The notes below the pieces were generated by a model. The model did no database searches and was not told the DNA's origin. It worked only from the letters and a program-made list of their open reading frames with translations. From positions 434,001 to 498,000 of the forward strand of contig LSRY02000032.1 in assembly GCA_001643675.2 (NCBI GenBank): DNA of 64,000 bases, in the 5' to 3' direction. A program made the position numbers and the translations under genes. Each line of letters starts with the position of its first letter. Position 1 is the stretch's first letter. Of the stretch, positions 35,557-48,192 are shown piece by piece. The stretch comes from Monocercomonoides exilis PA203. Its lineage: Eukaryota; Protista; Preaxostyla.

Positions 35557-36882
35557 ATATTTTTGGATGAAAAAAATAACAGATTGCCAGATTTTTCCAA
35601 GAATAGAACATTCACTATTATGATAACAAAAGTTATTCAAAACTTATCAATTAATTTCTATAACACAAACAACAATATTATAAATACAATATCATGTGTG
35701 CTAAACCCGCGCCTTTGTGCCAAACATGTTATTCATTCACATTTATGAGAACTTTCTGAGTCCAAAATTTTCCACATAAATATTGAAAACAACTTCAAAT
35801 GAGCAAATCTTCATGTGAATTATCCAGGGACAGCTAACACTTAGTCTCCATTTGATATTGTCCTTTGAAATGAACAAATTTCTTCTTTTATCGGTGTAAT
35901 AAATAAATTACGACCTACACTGAAACATATTAATAATTTCAAATAGTTTAATATTGTTATCAAAACATCTCAGACTGTGAAATTCGTTTCTGTTTTCTTT
36001 GATTCAAAATGACAACAAAATAAATTTTGATATGCTTGATCACACACAATTAAGATGACTGAAAAACCTGAATTATCATCAACTCAGTTGCACAGAGTTC
36101 TTGCAACGAAGGAATATCGCGCATTCAAATCCCCCTCGAAAAAGCTTTTCGCGATTAGACAAAATTTAAAGTGAAATATTCAAATGCCATCAAAGTAAAA
36201 ATTGTGTCAAAAGATGCATGGAAAAGAGGGATAAGAGCGGAAAGAGCTGGCAGAGAGGCTGGAAGGAATGAGCACACTTAGGCAATTACGAACGACCAGT
36301 TGGAAACAATTGAAAACCAGGTGCTTGTCCTTTTATCAAATCAGACAATTGTTCGAATTCGCGATGTGCAAAACATGGTTTGAAGTACTTATTAATTTGG
36401 TTTTGTGATATTTTAATGTTGTGAAGTGTGTTGATCTAATAAAAAAAACATCAAAACAAAAGAAAGAATTCAAAACAATCAACAAAAAATATGAGTTCAA
36501 ATTAATTCAACGAAGTGATTTATTGAAGGCTGCTTTCGCAAGGTTTACGCATGTTACAAAAATATCAGCGCAGTCACCAGAAAATATCAGAGGATGGTTT
36601 TCGGAATTATTGAGCACTGTAACGGAATACAATATCACATCTGCGGATATATTCAATTTCGACTTATCTTTAATCATTTGCGTGGAGTCTTCATCAAAAT
36701 TAGTTATTTGCCTCAATAATATAGCACCTCCCGCTGTTCCAACAAATCCAAAAGTACCGAATGCAACGAGTTGCTTCTGTGTCTGTGCTGATGTGTCCTC
36801 ATTGTCTCGATTTCTTTTTTTGGCATAAGAAAACTATCCCGTTAGAGTTTCATTCTCTTTCATCATTTGATATCCGATTCAT

Positions 36883-37955
36883 GGGTTATTATTTTTGCAA
36901 TCATAACATTTTTCAGAGTGCTGATTTAATGAAATACACCAAAAATAATTCAAATTCGAAAAAAAATATTTCAATTTCGAAAAAAAATAATTCGAATTCG
37001 GAATTAATAATTCGATTTCGTAATTTATTAATTCGATTTCGAAAAAGAATAATTCAAATTCGAAAATGATTATTTCAATTTCGAAATTCATTGAAAACTG
37101 AACTTTTTTATTTTTCTCGAGAATGGATTTCAGAAAAGTTCAAGTTATTTTTTTTAACCAATCAAATTTTATTACTCATTTAAAACTGTTTTTTTTATTG
37201 CAACAATCAATAAATCAATTTTTTAAAAAATTTATTTCGTTTTCGAAAATCATCACTCAAATAATAATAATTTAATAAAAATTCATTCTATTGAATAACC
37301 AAATAAAAATTTAAAAAATTTAATCACGATTATTGAATTATTTCTTCACAATAATGTGATTTTTTCATTGGCAAAATTTTGAATAATATCGGTTTTAAAT
37401 ATGAAAAAGCATTTCTTTCCTTTTCAAATTAACTCCAATCAATAAATCTTCATTCAAAATGAAAGGAAATTTTTTAATGAAAATGCATCATTTTTCAAAT
37501 ATTGATAAACAAAATTTGCTGATGAGATAATAATTTAAAGAATTTAAAACGCCAAACACTAGTTATTCATTCCACAAATCAAAAAAATTAACGTTTCGAA
37601 ATTGAATTATTCTTTTTCGAAATCGAATTAATAAATTACGAAATCGAATTATTAATTCCGAATTCGAATTATTAATTTTCGAAATTGAAATATTAATTAC
37701 GAAATTGAATTATTCTTTTTCGAATTTGAATTATTATTGGTGTATTTGATGTAAATGTCACAAAAAAAAAGATTTTATCATTCAAATGAAAAATGAATGA
37801 TAGTTGTCAAAAAAACCAATGTTTCACAACATGTTCATGAAAAAATTATCTCTGAATGGAGTTGTGACTTTTCAGTGGTCATTTTTCAATACTCATTACA
37901 AATTCACAAAACTAAATTTTTTACCCGAAAAATATGGATTCAAAAAAAATCACCC
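36883..37955. mobile_element. MITE of about 265 bp (GGG...CCC termini, imperfect TIRs) inserted in the pogo transposase and itself split by a younger element
   Basis: Ends GGGTTATTATTTTTGCAATCATAAC and GAAAAATATGGATTCAAAAAAAATCACCC. Homologous to the copy at 38361-38615. Removing it rejoins FDIRF to KTSS..ITKEIL of the transposase. Confidence 0.7.
36937..37742. mobile_element. Non-autonomous foldback-like element (806 bp) with TIRs of about 150 bp built from 20-21-bp tandem subrepeats; TA target duplication
   Basis: TA|CACCAAAAATAATTCAAATTCGAAAA ... TTTTCGAATTTGAATTATTATTGGTG|TA. About 7 AATAATTC(A/G)A(A/T)TTCG units per end and an AT-rich non-coding core. Confidence 0.85.
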
Positions 37956-38360
37956 AAATCAAAACCTCTTCTATGTTGATTACGAAGGAAATACTTAAAA
38001 ACATCAAGATCAATTGTTTGATTCCATTAATCGCAGAGAAAGTCAAACTAACCAGCTCTCATCGCTCCATTTTGTTGATGGATAATCATTCGACTCATAA
38101 TGACGAAACTACACCTTTGTGACCTGAAAAATAACTTGGAGCCTCGTTCGTCACCAAAAAAAAAAAAAAAAAATATTAATTAATATTAAACATAATAAAC
38201 GATAGCTATTACTTCAAATGACTATTCAAAACGCACTGGAAAAGATTTATTGATAGCATCTGTAATATTTAATTGTTTTTTCTCTTTTGTCAGTGACGGT
38301 CAATGACAAATTGCGACAAAAATATTCCTCAACTAACATTTCCTGTCAAAAAATACATAT

Positions 38361-38615
38361 GGGTTGTTATTTTTGAAATCATATTTTTTCTGTCAAAAAT
38401 TTCGGCTGAAAAATATCTCTTGAATATCAACAAAAGAATACTGAAAAGTGAAAAGGCTTTAAAAAAACAATGACATCTTTATTTGAACTCAAACATTTGT
38501 ATATTAAACAGTTGTGACAAATACACAAATTGAAGACATTATCTTTTCCAAAAGACAAACAACGTTTGAAAAATCGACACCCCGAAAAAAGTTATGATTT
38601 CGAAAATAATCTCCC
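38361..38615. mobile_element. MITE of about 255 bp, same family as 36883-37955, in the opposite orientation
   Basis: TIRs GGGTTGTTATTTTTGAAATCATA and TTATGATTTCGAAAATAATCTCCC, flanked by ATAT on both sides. Confidence 0.7.
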
Positions 38616-38690
38616 ATATTGGGAACTTGATCATCTTTATTTAAAATTTGATTTTTTCAAAATAATGAGAATTGTTGTATTTCGATTTTC

Positions 38691-38790
38691 GGTGAATGGG
38701 AACAAAACGTCCTGTAAATGCACTCTTTCAAATTTATTTTTCTATAATTAACAGGCTATAACAAGTGGCACAATCTTTTTGGAAAGTTGG
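38691..38790 (+). mobile_element. Left-end fragment of a Merlin-family element
   Basis: GGTGAATGGGAACAAAACGTCCTGT closely matches the reverse complement of 47722-47746. The internal GCACAATCTTTTTGGA resembles 46261-46277. Confidence 0.45.
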
Positions 38791-39521
38791 AAAACTTTAA
38801 TTTCGATCCCACTAAAGATCACAAATTCGAAAACTCAATTTTTTGGCAATTTTTGTGTCTTATCATACACAACATTTTCATCACATTATTCTCAAATGAT
38901 TTATTGCATTAGAACAAATCACAAACATTTTCCATATTTAAATTTTATTATGTTTCAGTGATCAATATGAACAATAATCTTAAAAAGATTGATTATAGAA
39001 CATAAACACTTCATAAATATTGAGAACGTTTATAGAAATTAATTTATCTTAAAGTAGAATGGATTAATATCTCGTTAAAATTCTTTGCAATCAGCCAAAT
39101 TTTAAAGTTTGACAAAGCGATGAATGTTGTTTATTTAACAAACCAATCACGAAAATTTTTTATTGAATAATGTTACATTCCTTTTCTTGTTGTTTTCAAT
39201 TCATTTTTGGCTTTATTTGTTATGAAATCAATACGCATTGTTATTATTAAGCGAAAACTGTGATTTGATGAATTTAATATGAAATAACGAAATAAAAAAG
39301 GAAAGAAAAATAAGAATCACAAATTTGGAAATACCTGTGGAATATTTCTACACTCAAATAATTGTGCCAATCATGGAAATTGCTTTTCTGATTGTGTGTG
39401 ATTTGTGTTCATTGTTTTATTGTAACCTCCAATCCTCATAAATTTTTTTATTAACAAATTATCGAAAAGCCTTCATTTTCATCTTCTTCTTCCTATTCCA
39501 CTTTCTTTTCCTCTCCTCTAC

Positions 39522-42500
39522 CTATACACTTTCTGCAGACGAACCCATTGATGATACCAAACCAGTGAACGAAAGTGTTACTGAAATATTCCTTAATAAA
39601 CACGATCTTGATGACGATGATCCTGCAAAAAATGAAGATGGGGAAGTGCTGGTGAGGGAAAGCCTCAAATACTCACTCAATTTGCTGTACAAATTGTTCT
39701 TTTCCTCTCTTTTTCTTTTTCTTTCTCTTTTTCTTTCTTTCACTGCACCTTCGCTGCACTCTACTTCACCACCGATGGTTGCCTCAATTTCTCCACCTTG
39801 CCACTCTCATCTTTCAATCCTCAAACTTCAACCTCTCTTCTTCTTTTGCTTCGCCTTCGCCTTCGCCTTCGCCTTCTCTTTTTCATTCATCATCATCTTC
39901 TTCCTCTTCTTCATCGTCAGCTTCTTCTGATAATTCATCTATCTTGTCTGTATGCATTTGCTACAAATCACATTCACACAAGGGACTTTCCACATTCAAA
40001 ACGGGAGAATACTTTTTTCTTCTTTTGCAGTGAAAAAATGGAATCTTCATCCATTAGGTTTCTTATATGCGATAAATCATCACATATCCACAATCGTCGG
40101 TATCATCTTCAGCACAAAGCAGCAATCCAGCGGTTCAGATAGCCAACATTGACAGCCGCTCAGGTTCTCAAGGTCTTACACTGAGAACTGTTGCATATGA
40201 CTCCGCAGGCCATATACATATTGACTCTTCCACTTCCAGCAACTGGGAAGAGCAACAGCATCCACAGTCGCTCCAAACTGTACAAGACAACGGTGTGTCT
40301 TTTGCGATACAGGAGCAGAGTGAAACATTTCATTCTGAACTTTCTTTCCAAAATCAGATGGAGTGTGTACAGCAGTCAACTTTTCCTCTGCTATCATCTC
40401 CACTGTAAAACGAGTTGTGAAATGAATTGGGGAAAGAATACTTTTGTGGAAGAGGAAGCGTATGTGGCGTTGGTGGCGACGAAGATCAAAGAGATGAAGC
40501 AGGCATTGTGGGCTTTGAGAACACAGACTCTTTTTCATTTGTCTCCACTGTATCGCAGAATTAGCAGGCACAGCCAGAACAGGGAGAGTGCTTGTGGAGG
40601 AAGTGAAAGCAGCAGCTGGAAGATAAGGAGAAGTGAAACAAAAGAGACTTCAGTGAGGCAGAGAGAAGTGATTGAATGGCTGGTTGAGATGCTGGTTTGT
40701 GATAATTTGGACTGGGAAAGAGTCAGATGATTTTGGAAGTTTTGAAGAAGAAGAAGAAGAAGAAGAAGAAGAAGAAGAAGAAGAAGAAGAAGAAGAAGAA
40801 GAAGAAGAAGAAGAAGAAGAAGAAGAAGAAGAAGAAGAAGAATAAGAATAAGAATAAGAAGAAGAAGAAGCAGAAAAGGCAGACAATGCAAACGGTTGTT
40901 CAGAAGTCGAATGACTCAAGCGAATCGAATCTGAGCCAGGCACTTTCGAGCCACTCTACTGATGCTGCAGTGCAAAATGCTCGTTTTCTTCGTAGTTCAC
41001 TCTCTGTCTCCTGTGCTTCTTTGGCGTTCTCTGCCTTCTTGGCAAACTTTGCTTTTCTTCTTCTGCCTCTTATCCAGCTTCATTGTCCAAGTTAAGGATT
41101 ATCTTGCTATCATACAGAATTCCTATCTCACTAATTTCTCTCCCTTCAAACACCAGCCCCGCTTTCTTCAACAGTCTCATTTGCTCATACTGCAGTTCCT
41201 CCTTCTCTCTTTCTTCTCTCCCTTCGCTCCTCTCTCTTACCACTGTTCCTCCTCTTCCTCCTCCTCCGCTTCCATCTCTTCCTCCTTTGCTGATTCCTCT
41301 ATCACTCCCTCCTTCCCTTCCTCTGCTTCTTCTTCCCTCTCTTCCTCCTCCTCCTCCGTTTCCCAATTCGCACCATGGCGACAACCACTCGCTTTCAAGA
41401 AACACTTCATCATCCTTCTTCATCTGCTGTATTATTATCTTCCTCCTTATCTATCTCTTCTCCTTCTCCCTCTGGTTTTGCATCAGGTTTCTCTCGCTCA
41501 TCATCGTCGTGAACCCGCCGTCCGCACAAACCGCCAGAATGACCTCTTCTTTCCTCCTATCCTTCTTCCTATCCTTCTATTACGCTTCTGCTTCTGCGTT
41601 TGTCTCTGCATCGTCTGTCTTGTCGCTCCAGTTATCATCATCATGCAAACTGAACCCTCCTCTCTCGTTGTCTGTCAGCCCATCGTCCTTTTCTTCTTCT
41701 TCCTCATCTTCCTCGTCTTCCTCGTAGTATCTATCACAGGAGCCGGTCTCTTCCTCGGCTCTCACATCATCAGCCCGAGGATATTAATGCTTCCACTCAA
41801 CGAACATTTTTCTTGCTTCTGAAGCTTCGTTCGCTCTTGAAGGCGCTGCGACCTTTGTCTTTCGGATTCTTTTGCTCTGGACAAGCAAGAGGAGACAGTG
41901 AGTGGAGGAGACATCGGAATGGAAAAAGCGGTTGGCGTGGGAATCAGGATATGGGCCGAAGCGCGTGGAGGAGTGGGGAGAGGAGAAGCTATAGGAGCAA
42001 GATGATGTGAAAACTTTTTGTGGAAGCCGGCGTTTGTATGTTTTGGAGACAGAATCTGGAAGGGTGAGTTAGAAGGGGTTGCATTTGGAGATTGTGAGTG
42101 AAATGGATAGGATGATGGTGATGGTGGTGGTGGTGATGATGATGAGGTGGAAAAGAAGACGAAGAAGTAGAAGAAGAAGAAGAGGAAGAGGAAGAGGAAG
42201 AAGAAAAAGAAGATATCATAGATAAGAATGAAGCAGTAGGAGAAGAAATATGACTGGAGAAGGAAGAAGAAAAAGAAAAAGAGGAGGAAGAGGAGGAAGA
42301 AGAAAGCAAATGAAACTACCTCGTCACCTTTTTTGACATTCTGCATTGTTTCCATAGACACTGCAATGATATATTCATCCAAATGCCAGACACAACTTGT
42401 TATTAGCCAGTAATCTCCAATATTCCACTCACGCAATTTAAAACATTTCATTACTCATTCCACTTCCTTCAGAGCGATAGCAGCGCCTTCTTCAAAGCAA

Positions 42501-42870
42501 AGCCTGGGTAAACCTGTAGAATATCCAACGGAGTATTTTTTTCTCCTCCGAATGATGGCGGAGAAAAGCTGTTTGAGCTTTTCGCATTTGAAAATGATGA
42601 GAATGTGCAGTGTTGCTTGAAATTCAACGAAGGAGCGAAAGATTGCTGTAGGAAAAGAATTCCAAGGAATTCTAGCTGATCACGGCGAGCGATTAGCATA
42701 CCAAAGCCGGGCTGAAAAAAAGACGCAACCGAACAATCTGTTGCCAATGTGGAGATCACGCAAAACTTCATCAGATCGACAATATTTTATACACAGTTGC
42801 GGGTAAACTTCTTCATTTTCCTGTTTCTCGGGACATTCCACTTTTCCATATTCAAATAGATTGCCATCTT
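39522..42870 (-). pseudogene. Degenerate gene, possibly a CK1/tau-tubulin-kinase-like remnant followed by low-complexity sequence
   Basis: Broken frames give VLRDLHIGNRLFG (resembles HRDxKPxN) and ARRDQLEFLGILFL (resembles CK1 SRRDDLESLGY), then S/E/D-rich stretches with many stops. Confidence 0.3.
40744..40870. repeat. (GAA)n microsatellite
   Basis: More than 30 perfect GAA units followed by AAGAAT variants. Confidence 0.95.
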
Positions 42871-44992
42871 CTATTTATAATGTGTTTCAAAAAGAAACAT
42901 TTTCAACGAGTTTCTCAGTTCAGAATTAGACCTTATTTTATGCATCCAATCTTTAAAACTGTTTTTTTGTCAATCGAGTTGAAACAAATGTCTACGAATA
43001 TGTAATGACCATAAAAGATAAAATGCTGCTTTTTGAAAAAAAAACTGCAAAATAAAAATGCAACGAACATATCAAAACTTGAATCAAATGACTGTTTTTG
43101 GCAAATATGAAAAATGTTTGTTGGTTACATTTTTGCAACAAATATTATTAAATAAGTGTTCACTGCGACAGAAAACATTCAAACAGGAACATAATGCATT
43201 TTTCAATATATGTAATTTGAATATCTATAAGAAAATAACAAAATAAACCATTGTTTCCTTGTAGATTGATGAAAGCAGTAAAAATTAAAAATACCTCCTT
43301 TTGGTGTTTATTTTCATTAATGCAATTGTGGTTCTTCGAAAACTTTTGAAAAGTGAGAATAATGTTGATATTGTAATTTGCACTTCAATGGAACATGGTT
43401 GAATAATGTTATATTATTTATTATTTGAAAAAAAGCAAATGTCAGACGATCTCTGATTTTTCAAAAAGAATTTCTGACCCGTTTCTTTTATTCTTCACAC
43501 ATGATGTCCATCTTGAGAATCATTCTTCCACATGGTTTGCTTTTGGAATTATGACAATTCTGAAAAAAAGCTTTCAAAAGTATTGTTATTTATCCAAGAT
43601 CAATAGAAATTTATTTCTGTAAGGTCTGTTCGAAGAAGAATTTACACAATTATCCAATATAACGCAGTATTCATATTAAAATAAGATCAGCAACGAACGA
43701 AATACAAAAAAGAAAAGTTTTGATAAACTTTTTCTTATTCGAAGAGAAATTGATAGTTTTTAGGAAATAATTACATATATTTCAGTTCATTTTCTATTTA
43801 TCTGAATGAAATGCTTTGACATATCTTGGTTTGTTGCTGCAACTACGTATTTCACTGTTATAATTCTTTATTTGAATTTTTTGTCTTCTTTTTGTGAAAA
43901 TTGTCGAATTTTTTCTGAATGAAACTTCTGAAGAAATCAAATTGGAAAAAAAACCGTGGAGTATCTCATCATGCTTAAACTTGCCGAAGAATTTATCTTT
44001 CAAATTGAATCCAAACCTAAATTTTTTTAATAATGTTTGTGATTTCAACGTGTTCTTTAATTGCACCCCAGCAAATAATTATGGATCCATTATTTTCATC
44101 TTCCTTCCTTTCTTCTTCTCAGGGAAAGCTGAGATTTCAAAGGAAGAGCAATTAAACGCTGTGTCTTCTGATCGTTTTCTTTCATAAAAGCGTCTGAGAA
44201 ACCCTAAACAGGCTGCAAAATCGGTGGTGAAGATAAGTGGAGAAACGTCAATTATGGAGCAGTGGAGATTGAAATCAAACGTAGTAGAAGTTGTTGTTGC
44301 GAAAGAAACAATTCTCCCGTGTGTAGAGAAAGAGGCAGAAAAGAAGAAGGAATTGAAAGGAGCAAAGGAAGATGAGGTGGCTGAAGAGGGGGATTAAAGA
44401 AGTTGAAGTGAAATTTGAAGAAATAAAAGAGGTGAAGGAGAAGGAAGAAGATTTGGTTTTGGAAACGGGTGCAGAGGATGCAAATCAAGAAGAGGATATA
44501 GCAGAAAAAGTGGGAAGGAAAAAATGCAGATTGGGATGGAGGAAAATGAAATAAGACATAAATCACCTGTTGGAAAATGATACTTTTTCTTATTGATTCA
44601 ACTCGAAATCAACTTTATCATTCATGTCTTGTGTTAATTATTTTTTTCCACAAACAAAATTTAAACACTTCTTTAAAAAATTAGCGAAAATAATAATAGC
44701 TTGCTTATTAAAAACACTGAGACCAAGTGAATTTGAAATTTGAATTTTCAAATATTAAAGTGCCATTCAAAAAATTAGTACATTCTTTATTGATTAAAAG
44801 AATGAGCAAAGAGATGCACAACATACAAAAACCAAAAAATCGATGTCTGACACAAGAAGAAATGTGATGACGTTCAAAACAAAACTTTGTCAAGAGAAAT
44901 TCACTCAAAATAATAAATGAAAAGATTGAGGTTGATTTAAACAAAAATGCTTTTTCAGCAGAAAAAATTATCATCTTCATTTTATTCACTCT

Positions 44993-45750
44993 TCAATCTC
45001 TGAACTTCCCAACGAGTTCCGTAGCTTTCGCAATTGTGCTTTGCTTGTCATCCAATGCGGTGTCCTTCAGGTTAATTGCATTAGTTATCTTCACCAACGC
45101 TTCCCTTCCCCCAAAGCACTTATCAAACTCTCGCCGCAGCTTTCTCAACGTCGGCCACTCTCCTGCATCTCCCGATAGGCTTGCCCGAACACCATTCTCG
45201 TACGAGTTCCCCCTCAACCTTCTCAGGTCAGGTCTTTCTCCATTCACAATCTTCTGCCCTGCCACCTCAGCCTCGTATTCCCCAAATGGCATCTGCAGCG
45301 TCAGGCACTCTCACGCCATCATCCCGATAGAAAACTCCACCGTCTTCTTTGTCGCGTGCCCCTTTGCACCATTCAGCAGCTCTGACGCCTTCTACCGTAT
45401 GCACTTCTTCCAGAGATCATCTTCGTGCTCGGACGTTGTGAAGAAGGAGGTAATTTTGTGAATATTAATTCTTCACAGAAACATCAGAGGAAGATGTGGC
45501 CATGGTGGAGGCTGAAAAGATGGAGGAAGTGTCAGAGTCTGACGAACAGTCTAAGTAGAGCGCAATTCAGATTACCATTTACTCAGAGAATAGCGCAATC
45601 AGCGGATAGAGAGAGGTTTGATTGGAGTTTGCCTTTCATTTCGCAAAAGCAGTGAAGCGCGTGATTATCCAAGAAGAACAAGACCTGTACAGCTGTTTGT
45701 TCTATTTTCTGTAAAGTGCAAATTTCCATTTCTTTCTTCTGGTTCTTTCC
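44993..45750 (-). pseudogene. C-terminal protein-kinase-like domain remnant
   Basis: ASELLNG..ATKKTVEFSIGMMA*ECLTLQMPFGEYEAEVAGQKIVNGERPDL..EWPTLRKLRREF corresponds to kinase subdomains VIII-XI, with in-frame stops. Confidence 0.7.
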
Positions 45751-46198
45751 ATATAGCAGTTTTAACAGCTTAAATATTTGATCCAAAAAAATTGTCATAA
45801 GCTAATAATTTAATTTATCGCAACAAATGTAAATTCAAAAAATACGAAAGAAATATTAATTTGTTTTTTTTTTTTTTTGTCAAAAAACGATTGTTAAAAA
45901 TGAAACAACATAAAAGAATAATGACATATAATAGAACATACATGATAAATACAATTTCAACGCAAGCAATTTCCACATTTCTGATTCACACTCTATTTTC
46001 AATCAAGAAAATGATTTTATTAGTAGTTGTTCATTACTAACGCATAATGAATAATCATTATCACCAAAAATCGTGTTGTGAAAAGATGTTCGAAAAACAT
46101 ACTATGTTAGCAATGACTTCTTCACATATCAATGAAAATATGAATTGTTAATGAATTAACCATTTCCCTTAAAAATTTATCATTATGAAAGCTATTTT

Positions 46199-47746
46199 GG
46201 TTTGTGGAAAATAACAAAAATTGAGAAATGTATTTTTCTTGTAATAAATATCAAAATGGTGCACAATCGTTTTTGGACATATTATTCGTTTTTCGATAAA
46301 AAACAATAGCGGGAAGATCTCTGATTTTTCAAAAAGATTATGCCAAGTATTATAAAATGCATATTTGTGGAGAATAACAACATTTGAAAATACCGAATTT
46401 TTAATTAAAATTGATCACATACATAATTTAAATAAATTTTTTGTGAACAAAAAAAATTTTTTTGATGTATTTAACATTTATATCAATCATGAATTTATTT
46501 AATTTTTAGAATATTTCCATCCTTATGACATCCTGTTTGAATGATTCAAACATAGAAAAACCAAAATGAATGAAACTTTCTCTTGTCTTTCTTGTTCTTT
46601 CGATTGGCTTATTGGGAACATTTTTCAAAATGAGGATAAACGATATTTTTAATGTAAGAATAAAATGCATATATATTTTCCAGATCGGAGACAATGAGGC
46701 AACATAGATGTTCTAAATGTGGAAAGGGAATAAGCATTTTTGAAGGAACTTCGTTCCGATAATTAAAAATTCCAGTTTACAAACTTCTTCATATTTTTCT
46801 GTATTTTTTTCTTAAATCGAGCATTACTCAATCAAACATTTTTCTTTTTGTTAACAGAAAAACAGTTGGATTCTGGTATTCCCATTGCAGATCTATTTCT
46901 TCAAAAATTATAATGGAAATATTCGAACCTATTGGGGGAGAGGGTCATATAGTGGAAGTCGACGAAGCTATATAGAGAAAAAGAAAACTTCAAAAATGAA
47001 GGAAAAAGGCACAAGTCTGGCTTTTTGGAGGAAGAGAAAGAAAGTGTGAAGATGGTGGAGGAAGATTTTTTTATTATTCGCGTGAAGAACAGAAGCAGAA
47101 AAACCTTATTGCCTGCCATTTTAGCTAACATCAAACTAAAGACAACAATTAACAGCGATGAATGTCGCGCATACAACTGCCTAAAAGACAACAACTACAC
47201 TCACATGATTGTGTGTTACAAATATCATTTTGTGAATTTAATTACAACTGTTTGGACAAATGGAATAGAGGGTTTATAGTCGAGGTTTCGTGCGTTTTTG
47301 CGTTGAACTGTAGCAAAAGACAAATTCATTGATGATTTCATAACTAATTTCATGTTTATTCATCAAAGAATTACACTTTCAAAAAATTAGTTAAAGAAAT
47401 AATGAACTCTCTTCCAACTGGTGATATAGGAGACGATGATGAATTAAGTGAAGCTGATGAAGACGATGATTCAATGATCCCACTTGTGGATGATACTGAT
47501 TCTCGCAGCAGCAACAGTTTTGGAGCAGGAGATTGCTTGTCTTCATTTGAGTTTGAGGATTCATAGAAAATATTGTTCCACAATTGTCTTTTTTAATAAA
47601 TTTTTAAGAATTATTATTTTCTCAAACACTTTTAAATCTCTTCATTCACCACATAAATAGTTTCATAATAACGCATTATTGATATTTCTTTTCGAAGATT
47701 TCAAAATGAATGCCTTTTTAAACAGAACGTTTTGTTCCCACTTACC
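46199..47746 (+). mobile_element. Degenerate Merlin (IS1595/ISXO2-like) DNA transposon
   Basis: Frame-broken transposase: RCSKCGKGISIFEGTSF (Zn ribbon), IGGEGHIVEVDE, VWLFGG, VKNRSRKTLLPAILANIK..TINSDECRAY..YTH....HFV..WTNGIEGL. Candidate GGT-starting TIRs at 46199 (degenerate) and 47722-47746. Confidence 0.85.
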
Positions 47747-48192
47747 TTTCCTTTGAGTTCCATTAAACCCTTAAACAAAGGTAAGTCCATAGAAAAAGAA
47801 ATGCAAAATATTTTGATTTTCCAAAAGATTTAATGAAACATGCACTTTCATTTTTTATTAAAAAACAAGTATTCATAAATGCAAAAAACTACCCAACCGT
47901 TTGCTTGCCTTTGCTATTTTGATAATAATCCAATTTATTTTTTGGGAAAAAAATGATTAGCATTATGAGGAGAGGCAATGGTTTATTTGCAGCCAAAACA
48001 GCAAAAGAGCCAATTATTTCAAGCAACAGCCCAAACAGTCCACTCAAAAACTCTCACTCCCACCCAGCAGAGCGGAAACAACACAAATGGAATCACGAAA
48101 AAACAAAGGGAAAACAACACACACACATATCAACAACACAAAACAAAACGAAAGTTTTTTTGAAAAAAAAAGAGGCAATTTTGCGTTTTTTG

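Larger units (their letters stand above)
36055..38155 (+). mobile_element. Degenerate pogo/Fot1-like (Tc1-mariner superfamily, DDE_1) transposase, interrupted by nested insertions and 3'-truncated
   Basis: ENIRGWFSELLSTVTEYNITSADIFNFDLS resembles the first-Asp motif (IYNxDETG). Also NATSCFCVCAD, then after the insertion ITKEILK and SILLMDNHSTHN (second-Asp motif). Multiple stops and frameshifts. Confidence 0.75.

Noticed and set aside
36940-37090. CRISPR-like or iteron-like array of about 20-bp repeats
   Set aside because: The units are contiguous with no unique spacers and are mirrored at 37590-37742, so they are TIR subrepeats. The context is eukaryotic with no cas genes.
43794-44566. Short ORFs suggesting a gene or retroelement
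   Set aside because: No RT, integrase or other domain motif is visible, and the sequence is low-complexity and frame-broken.
38691-47746. A single 9-kb composite Merlin carrying captured kinase fragments
   Set aside because: The two ends are inverted matches, but the flanks show no 8-9-bp target duplication, and a nearer degenerate left end exists at 46199. Two separate copies is the simpler explanation.
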